IMG/VR virus record: IMGVR_UViG_3300012667_000562
Location: 1 to 33,823 of that record
DNA: 33,823 nucleotides
Direction: 5' to 3' (one strand)
DNA from: a virus
Lineage: Duplodnaviria; Caudoviricetes
Below the pieces are notes generated by a model. The model searched no databases and was not told the DNA's origin. It saw nothing but the letters and a program-made list of their open reading frames with translations. The number at the start of each line of letters is the position of its first letter. Position 1 is the first letter of the stretch. Shown one piece after another: positions 25,101-31,339 of the stretch. A program made the position numbers and the translations under genes.

Positions 25101-27990
25101 CGACATTGCCACACAGCCATTCAGCAAAATCTGGCCAGCCGACGAGGTTGACGGCATTGAAGACAAGTTTGCGGCCGCCGTAGCGTTTGCGGCCCGTGCC
25201 GAAGTGCCAGCCAAGCCCCGTGTGGCCTACAAGGTGGCGCGCTGGGTGGAAAACGTCAAGATGGTGCGCGGACTGGCGCAGTCGATTACCAGCGGCAAGC
25301 GCACGCCCGCCGAGTTCATGGACAAGCTGCGCGAACTGCGCTCCCTCAAGGCGTTTGGCGACAAGATTGAACTGCTGAATGCGATTGACCGTAGCCAGTG
25401 GGCCCGCATTGGCACGGTGGAAGCCTTCCCCGACGCATACCGCTTTGATGATGCTGGCCAGAAGGTGCCAAGCCAATTCACGCGGGTGGAGATTGACGGC
25501 AAGACCCACAACATCCCAACCGGAAGCGTGGTTGCCGCGATTGAGCGCGTGGACGACCTGCTGGCAGGCGAGGCCGCAGCCAAGAAAATGCAGTTTGAGA
25601 TTCGCCGCAACACCAATACCGGCGAAGTGTTCATCAACAAGAAGGGCGACAAGGAATACCGCAAGCTCAAGACCTTTGCCGATGCGAAGCAGGCGCGCGC
25701 CTTCATCAGCAACAACTATGACGACCTGGTGGCCGCATGGGAGTCGGTGAAGGAGAGCGATAACGTCAAGAAGACCGACGTGCGCAGTGATGTCAACCGG
25801 GCCCGAACCGGCGCAGACAGGCGCAATGGAAAAGACGTAACGCCCGAGCAATTCAGCGAGACCTTTGGTTTCCGTGGCGTGGAGTTCGGCAACTGGGTGG
25901 GGCAGGGTGCCAATGGCAAAGAGCGCCAAGGCATGCTGAACCAAGCCTATGACGCCCTGCTGGACTTGGCCGACATTGTTGGCATTCCGCCCAAGGCCAT
26001 TTCACTGAATGGCAGCATGGGGCTGGCCTTTGGTTCGCGCGGCAGCGGCAAGGCAGCGGCGCACTTTGAGCCTGACAACCTGGTCATCAACCTGACCAAG
26101 ACCAAGGGCGCGGGCTCGCTGGCGCATGAATGGTTCCATGCGCTGGACAACTACTTTGCCCGCCAGCGTGGTGGCGAAGTGCCCATTCAGCGCGGCATGA
26201 ATGCGCAGCAGGCCTACCGCGCCAACAACTTCATTACCTACCGGCCCGAGCCGCTTTACATCCACAAGAGCAAGACCAGCACACCCATCACCAAGGCGAA
26301 GCTGCAGCGCTACCACGAACAAAACCCGAAGTCGGACTACTACAACCCCGACAACTGGCAGGTAGACCCCAAGCACCCCAACGGCGTGCGGCCCGAGGTC
26401 GAGCGCGCATTTGCCGAGCTGGTGGAGGCGCTGGAGCAATCGCCCATGTCGCAGCGCGCGGCATCGCTGGACAAGACGCCGGAAGCCTATTGGTCACGCA
26501 TCATTGAACGCGCGGCGCGTGCGTTTGAAAACTTTGTCATCAGCAAGATGATGGAGCGTGGCTACCAGAACGACTACCTGGCCAACGTCCGCCCCATTGA
26601 AGACTTCCCCCGCAGCAAAGACCGCTATCCCTACCTGCTGCCCGAGGAAGTTGCGCCCATTGCAGAGTCGTTTGGCAACCTGTTTGGCACGATCCAGACC
26701 AAGGAAACCGACAAGGGCGTGATGCTCTACGAGCCCGGTGCGGACTACAATGCAGAGGCACCCCGGCGCAAGTACACCGATGACCGACAACTGCAACTGT
26801 TCCTCGATAGTGAACCTGACCCAAGTCAGAGCGGCCCAGCCGTTGACCGGGCCAGACGGGAAGCCGTTGCCGCAGTGGATGATCTACGATCCACCAGCTC
26901 CATACTTGCCCAAGCCCTGTCAGGTGATTACGCTGCCCGTCAGCGCGTCAGCCTTGTCGGACAAAAAGTAAGCAGCGCTGAAGACCTGGCCGTTCTGGCC
27001 CAGGTGTACCGCGATCCCCGGTTTGAGACTTTCCGCGTTGTGTTCGTCAACGACGGCGGCGCTGTGGTGTCGCAAGTTGGCCTGACCAGCCGCCTGCCTG
27101 CATCGACTGCCGCCATCATGGGCAGCGACACGGACGCCTACCTTGGCGACCTGTCGGCCACCGCGCGCAATGTGGGGGCCACGGGCTTCTATCTGCTGCA
27201 CAACCACCCCAGCGGCATTGCCAACCCAAGCCGCGCGGACGTTGCGCTGACCCGCAACTTTGCGCAAAAGATGCCCATGCTGGCATTCAAGTCGCATGTG
27301 GTGATCGACACCAACGAGTATTCGACCATCGAGGGTGACGGCGACTTTGCCACCTACCAGAAGGACTTTGGCCAGCCCACACCGTACCGCGCGCAAGAGT
27401 GGGCAGATGTGAAGATCAGCGGCCCGGCTGATGTGATGGCCATGGCCAAACGCCTGCAGGTGGACGAAGACGCGGTAACGCTGGTGCACACCGACAGCCA
27501 GTACAACGTCAAGGCAATCAGCACCCTGCCGGTGGACGTGACACGGGGCGACAAGGCAGACATTCAGCGCCACATTGCCAAGGCTTCGCTGAAGGTGCAG
27601 GGCTCCCAGGTGTTTGCCGTCAGCCGCAATGGCCCTGCCTTGCAGCGCGTGGGTAGCTTTGTACGCGACGGCATTCATGTGCTGGGCAACGGCACCGTCA
27701 AGAGTTTGGCAGAGGCCGGACTTGTCGGCGGCCAGCCGTTCCCAAGTGACCGCCGCACCCGCGTGAGCCCGGACACCAGCCCCGAGTTCAATTACTTGCG
27801 CAAGCAGCCCAAGGCATCCGCAGGCCAGCGCGCAGCCGAAAGCCTGCCCAACCTGAACCAAGACATCGTGCTTGAGATTCCGGTGGAGGGCGGCAAGACG
27901 GCGCGCCTGACCATCAACGCAGAGGCGTACCTAAATCAACTCGATGCGCGCGAAGAAGCGCTGCGCATGGTCAAGGAGTGCATGGCATGA
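22168..27990 (+). CDS. Giant polyvalent ejection protein (DdrB-like ParB, LPD5-like, zincin/LPD1, JAB/RadC)
   Basis: Hydrophobic Gly/Ala N-region; LQNRNR..GAP..GNGR (about 23467-23790); IDDFGEKLGGAKKD (25024); FGFRGVEFGNW...HEWFH (26125); YWS...ARAFE; HNHPSG...PS.AD (27199). Confidence 0.85.
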   Translation: MRELSDDEVFGATKELSDADVFGTGAAPEASWKDNLLDPLAMGLKIGPTAVKGVADIARLLTGDRVGVDTSNAMKTGMESIDQVVGSDALRAQKTAVNQALQDQSIGLTDLPRILLDNPRASADAAVSTIGSMFLPTGVAAGVTKALPLAARLAPAAARIAPTAAATGASVVTGAAQNAAETFADTEGQDMADRYTGAGISGAASLLLGRLLGGGAEGVVARRMAGEAGARGALAVGKSALKTGAKEFGQEFGEESSNYVGKQVAKNEAIDPNTMGKQGLYGGILGFGVGGVSDVATSLGDVKGRAPQPEPQPAPQPAPQPDQAPVTSELVQRILGAIEQTQDVKDPPQRTAQPEAQAPAVETPAPAGIDAAATDGVPAAPAAPSVETAGVELPDVSTNTPEMNTSTERAQKTPEIEQVPVTQPAQPTQDAPILQNRNRATPSSIAQMQSIAANPDYGRLGFSRDFANGAPVVAGGQVAPEQLGRQDVAVASDGRRIPVQYAVVEAADVLPSNRADGTPNADYGNQTVQRIRAIAGNGRIAGLQAAHSKGTTANYLNELQGDPLHGVSPDVIRSMRAPVLVRVMPNDQVTADIGDVSNTVGNLNLSAVEQANNDAQRINLDALQFSEDGGITAEAVRQFVRAMPQAEQGGLIDTNGQPTKQAVDRISAAVFAKAYGNDQLVRLFAQAQDPEARVILSALAQVAPKMARLEGAGALDIRGVVTQAAEIAVNARREGKPLARAAQQLDMAADPDVAVFLDLFAANPRSVKPVVDALSNVADFAYTEATKPTEDMFGEVPRASRADVLNQLKPQNEQRSQENLEDAAGRGPAQVDDGRAEANTRATEDTAATEAGRPTQEEVLTSYTPEEVTQRQDQQEQAELQRQQQDRESEQRAQADAERNDFTLTGSNRDADVAAARGQTDIFSAPAESDTTKDSGPEIPVNESRPAPSAKTIDDFGEKLGGAKKDMAPSLTKELTDDDIATQPFSKIWPADEVDGIEDKFAAAVAFAARAEVPAKPRVAYKVARWVENVKMVRGLAQSITSGKRTPAEFMDKLRELRSLKAFGDKIELLNAIDRSQWARIGTVEAFPDAYRFDDAGQKVPSQFTRVEIDGKTHNIPTGSVVAAIERVDDLLAGEAAAKKMQFEIRRNTNTGEVFINKKGDKEYRKLKTFADAKQARAFISNNYDDLVAAWESVKESDNVKKTDVRSDVNRARTGADRRNGKDVTPEQFSETFGFRGVEFGNWVGQGANGKERQGMLNQAYDALLDLADIVGIPPKAISLNGSMGLAFGSRGSGKAAAHFEPDNLVINLTKTKGAGSLAHEWFHALDNYFARQRGGEVPIQRGMNAQQAYRANNFITYRPEPLYIHKSKTSTPITKAKLQRYHEQNPKSDYYNPDNWQVDPKHPNGVRPEVERAFAELVEALEQSPMSQRAASLDKTPEAYWSRIIERAARAFENFVISKMMERGYQNDYLANVRPIEDFPRSKDRYPYLLPEEVAPIAESFGNLFGTIQTKETDKGVMLYEPGADYNAEAPRRKYTDDRQLQLFLDSEPDPSQSGPAVDRARREAVAAVDDLRSTSSILAQALSGDYAARQRVSLVGQKVSSAEDLAVLAQVYRDPRFETFRVVFVNDGGAVVSQVGLTSRLPASTAAIMGSDTDAYLGDLSATARNVGATGFYLLHNHPSGIANPSRADVALTRNFAQKMPMLAFKSHVVIDTNEYSTIEGDGDFATYQKDFGQPTPYRAQEWADVKISGPADVMAMAKRLQVDEDAVTLVHTDSQYNVKAISTLPVDVTRGDKADIQRHIAKASLKVQGSQVFAVSRNGPALQRVGSFVRDGIHVLGNGTVKSLAEAGLVGGQPFPSDRRTRVSPDTSPEFNYLRKQPKASAGQRAAESLPNLNQDIVLEIPVEGGKTARLTINAEAYLNQLDAREEALRMVKECMA

Positions 27991-28397
27991 AACCAATGAC
28001 AGCCGAAGCAGTGAAGCGCCTGGCACTGGCCAACGGGGCGTCACTTCACATGGACGGGCGAGCCATCAACGCGGCCCGCCTGCAGGTGGCTGGCAAGCCT
28101 CAGGCGAAACCAGAACCCATGCCAGAGCCGCAGCCAGCCGCGGAAGCCACGCCAGACCCTGCCTTGCGCGATGCGCTGATTTCGCTTGACCAGTACGCAG
28201 CCAGCCAGTCGGCCATCAACGAATCCAACATGCGGCTGATGGAAGCCGTGCAGCAGATGCTTCAGCAAGTGGCGATCAAGGAAGTGTTTAGCCAAACAAA
28301 TATCCCGGAGCCCGAAAAGCGCCCCACACAATGGGTGTTTCAGGTCAAGCGCGATGCGCGCGGGCTTATGGAAACCATCACCGCCACTGCCAAATAG
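27987..28397 (+). CDS. Hypothetical protein with C-terminal WxFxVxRDxxG motif
   Basis: ATGA-coupled to the giant gene; SD AAGGAG; P/E linker and coiled-coil. Confidence 0.7.
   Translation: MKPMTAEAVKRLALANGASLHMDGRAINAARLQVAGKPQAKPEPMPEPQPAAEATPDPALRDALISLDQYAASQSAINESNMRLMEAVQQMLQQVAIKEVFSQTNIPEPEKRPTQWVFQVKRDARGLMETITATAK
28298..28332 (+). promoter_or_regulatory. Putative late promoter copy 5 (before fibre-like genes)
   Basis: AAATATCCC-N20-CACAAT, 76 nt upstream of ATG 28409. Confidence 0.55.
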
Positions 28398-28408
28398 GAG
28401 AGTAACCA

Positions 28409-28783
28409 ATGGCCGTCACATATACCACCGCCGTCAAGAATGCCCGCCTCGATGCCGTCACTACGGCCATTGGCACCACGGGCGTTTTGGAGATTGGCAC
28501 CACCGGCATGGCGTCCATCCTGGCCACCATCAGCCTGAACAACCCAGCAGCCGCCGCAGCATCCGCAGGCGTGCTGACTTTCTCGGGCTTCCCCAAGTCC
28601 GACACCAGCGCGGACAACACCGGCACCGCAGCCGCAGCGCGCATTCGCACCGCGTCTGGTGGCACCGACATCATCACCGGCCTGACTGTTGGAACGTCTG
28701 GCTCTGACATCAACCTGGACAGCTTGAGCATTACCGCTGGCCAGACGGTGACAGTGAACAGCGCAACGGTCACTCATGCCTAA
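28409..28783 (+). CDS. Small T/A-rich structural protein
   Basis: MAVTYTTAVKNARLDAV...GTAAAARI...GLTVGTSGSDI.L....I..GQ.V; SD AGGAG. Confidence 0.75.
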   Translation: MAVTYTTAVKNARLDAVTTAIGTTGVLEIGTTGMASILATISLNNPAAAAASAGVLTFSGFPKSDTSADNTGTAAAARIRTASGGTDIITGLTVGTSGSDINLDSLSITAGQTVTVNSATVTHA

Positions 28784-28785
28784 CC

Positions 28786-29403
28786 ATGATCTACCAGAAT
28801 CAGGTAGGCCGACTTCTCACACCAGCAGAGGTTGACGGCAATTTCACGGGGCTGGACACCAAGACCCGCGACGGCTGGCGCGACAACATCGTGCAGCTTG
28901 ACGTGCAGGTGGGCAACCCTGATGCGCCCTTGTTGAATGTCTTTCGCGGCAGCATCAAGGCCTACAACTTTCCCGCAGGCCAGATGACCGAGGCGTTTGC
29001 CTCATTCCACATTGACCACGACTACAAGCCGGGGACTGCGCTTTACCCGCACATCCACTGGGCACCATCCAGCGCGGCCACCGGCACAACCCGCTGGGGG
29101 GTTGAGTACACCTATGCCAAGGGCCACGGCCAAATGGCGTTTGGGGCCACCACCACGATTTATGTAGAGCAGGCGGCAGACGGCACGGCGTACAAGCATT
29201 ACGTGGCCGAAGTGTCAGACGCCAACGCGGTGCCCGGCACCAATATCGAGACTGACGGCATATTGCTGTGCCGATTCTTCCGTGACGGCGCGCATGTGAA
29301 CGACACCCTGGAAGACGACGTGTTTGTGTTTTGCGTTGACCTTCACTACCAGTGCAGCCAGTACGCCACGCCCAACAAGGCCCCTAACTTCTTCGGGCCC
29401 TAG
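28786..29403 (+). CDS. Fibre-like protein (LT..EVD.NF..L anchor plus beta-sandwich)
   Basis: N-terminus GRLLTPAEVDGNFTGL; HIDHDYK.G....PHIHW domain. Confidence 0.65.
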   Translation: MIYQNQVGRLLTPAEVDGNFTGLDTKTRDGWRDNIVQLDVQVGNPDAPLLNVFRGSIKAYNFPAGQMTEAFASFHIDHDYKPGTALYPHIHWAPSSAATGTTRWGVEYTYAKGHGQMAFGATTTIYVEQAADGTAYKHYVAEVSDANAVPGTNIETDGILLCRFFRDGAHVNDTLEDDVFVFCVDLHYQCSQYATPNKAPNFFGP

Positions 29404-29425
29404 CGCGCCAAGTAGGGAGTAAGGC

Positions 29426-31138
29426 TTGGCAATCTCCTTTGTCAACAAATCGGCGTTTGCCAGCGGCACGGCGGGCCTGACCGTTGGCGCGGTATCGGCC
29501 ACCCAGGCCAATGACCTGATCCTGCTGTTTGTCGAATCGGCAAACCAAGCGATCACCACGCCCACGGGCTACACCATTGTCACGGGCGCGCAAGCCAGTG
29601 CCGGAACCGCTGCTGCCGCAGGTGGCATGCGCCTCAACGTGTTCTATCGGTGGGCCACGGGCGCGGATGCCACGGTATCGGTGGCTGACACAGGCGACCA
29701 CACCACCGCGATCAAGCTGGCCTTCCGTGGCGTTGATCTGACCACGCCCTTTGACGCAACCCCAACCACCGGCACCAAGACAACAGCCAGCACGTCGTCC
29801 AGCTATCCGACGATCACCACGGTCACGGATAACGCCTGGATTGTTTACGCCTCTGCGCTTGACCTTGATGCGGCAAGCACGGCGACCACCAGCGCCCAAG
29901 CCAATGCAAACCTGACCGGCATCACCGAGCGCCACGACCAAACCGTGGCATCTGGTTTGGGTGGCGGCATCGTGTTGACCACTGGGGTAAAGGCCACGGC
30001 TGGCGCAACTGGCGCGATGACGGCAACAGTCACCAGCACGCAGCAGGTGTATGTCACCCTGGCGCTGCGAGTGGCACCGGTTGTCTCCACTGGCACCTTT
30101 GCCGCCACCGAGACAGGTAGCGACACCTTTGCAGCCAGCGGCACGGTTTTGGTGGAAGGCGCACTGGCAGCAACCGAGACAGGCGCAGACACATTTGCTG
30201 GCGCAGGCCCTGGCGCAGTGGCTGATGGCGTGAGCGGTTTGCTGGCAGCAACGGAAACCGGCAGCGACACATTCACCGCCACTGGTGATGTGATTGTGAA
30301 AGGCAGCCTGGCCGCGATTGAATCCGGCGCTGACACCTTCACGGCCACCGGCAAGGTCATCGTCAAGGGCGCACTGGCGGCCAGCGAAGCCGGTGCCGAC
30401 ACGTTTGCAGCCACGGGCAAGGTGATTGTCAAAGGTGCATTGGCCGCCACTGAAACGGGCAACGACACTTTTGCCGCAACGGGCGGGCCATTGGGGCCAG
30501 TCACCGGCACCATGGCCGCAACTGAGACCGGCGCGGACACCTTTGCGGCCACTGGTGGCGTGCGGGTGCAGGGCGCGCTGGCGGCAACGGAAACCGGGCA
30601 AGACAGCTTTGCAGCTTCTGGTGGGCCGGTTGTCAGTGGCACCCTGGCAGCATCTGAGACCGGGGCAGATACCTTCGCAGCCACGGGCACCACCATTCAA
30701 ACATCCACTGGGGTGATGGCGGCGGTTGAAGCTGCTGACACTTTCGGCGGTTACGCGGCCGGGTATGTAGACCCCGGCTATGTGGGTGGCGTGAGCGGCA
30801 CGGTTGGCACCGAGTTCTGCATTACCGGCCAGCAGGCCATGCTTCTTTTTAAAATCTACAAGCTGCACGGGCTTTGGTCAGAGCCCCTGGTGGTATCGGC
30901 CAGCTCGCGCACCGCAGGCGACCTTACCCAGACAGTGACCGGCACCGGCCCTGTAACTGTCCACACCACGGGCGGCAATGACACGCTCCATGGTGATGTG
31001 GGCACCATGATTGAAGAACTGGCCGCACTGCACGGGCTTGGCGTTGACCTGGTGACAACGGCCACGTCACGCACAGCCGGGGCTATCAGCCAGACATTCA
31101 GCACGGTGGGCAACACCACCACGGTGACAAGAACATGA
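29426..31138 (+). CDS. Repetitive T/A/G-rich fibre protein
   Basis: TTG start with GGGAG SD; N-terminal beta domain, ten ~22-aa repeats, YVDPGYV motif, two C-terminal LHGL...RTAG repeats. Confidence 0.8.
   Translation: MAISFVNKSAFASGTAGLTVGAVSATQANDLILLFVESANQAITTPTGYTIVTGAQASAGTAAAAGGMRLNVFYRWATGADATVSVADTGDHTTAIKLAFRGVDLTTPFDATPTTGTKTTASTSSSYPTITTVTDNAWIVYASALDLDAASTATTSAQANANLTGITERHDQTVASGLGGGIVLTTGVKATAGATGAMTATVTSTQQVYVTLALRVAPVVSTGTFAATETGSDTFAASGTVLVEGALAATETGADTFAGAGPGAVADGVSGLLAATETGSDTFTATGDVIVKGSLAAIESGADTFTATGKVIVKGALAASEAGADTFAATGKVIVKGALAATETGNDTFAATGGPLGPVTGTMAATETGADTFAATGGVRVQGALAATETGQDSFAASGGPVVSGTLAASETGADTFAATGTTIQTSTGVMAAVEAADTFGGYAAGYVDPGYVGGVSGTVGTEFCITGQQAMLLFKIYKLHGLWSEPLVVSASSRTAGDLTQTVTGTGPVTVHTTGGNDTLHGDVGTMIEELAALHGLGVDLVTTATSRTAGAISQTFSTVGNTTTVTRT
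30092..30745 (+). repeat. Ten coding tandem repeats of about 66 bp (GxLAATETGxDTFAATG)
   Basis: Visible in both protein and DNA; synonymous divergence between units. Confidence 0.9.
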
Positions 31139-31338
31139 ACCCCATAGCGATAGCCCTGCAAGGTATCGGCTACGGCGCGCTGCTGGTGGCGGTGCAAGGC
31201 TTTTTGCCGCCTGAGCCTGTATTGCCATGGGCTCCCAACTTTTACGGTTCAGGCGCAGCCCAAGACTTGCGCAAACAGCAACTAGAGGAAGACGAGATCA
31301 TCTTGGCCGTCATCCAGCAATTTGTATTGGAGGGTTGA
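31135..31338 (+). CDS. 67-aa protein with hydrophobic N-terminus and acidic EEDEIILAVI tail
   Basis: ATGA-coupled to the repeat protein; ends 1 nt before the next ATG. Confidence 0.7.
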   Translation: MNPIAIALQGIGYGALLVAVQGFLPPEPVLPWAPNFYGSGAAQDLRKQQLEEDEIILAVIQQFVLEG

Positions 31339-31339
31339 T

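Noticed and set aside
30092-30745. Regular ~66-bp repeats as a CRISPR array or DGR repeats
   Set aside because: Units are in-frame coding repeats with synonymous variation; there are no unique spacers, cas genes or reverse transcriptase in the window.
5667-30868. Many long minus-strand ORFs (e.g. 6648..7928, 7965..9248, 13177..14445, 22153..23667, 29384..30868)
   Set aside because: Antisense shadows of GC-rich plus-strand genes, with no SD or recognisable motifs.
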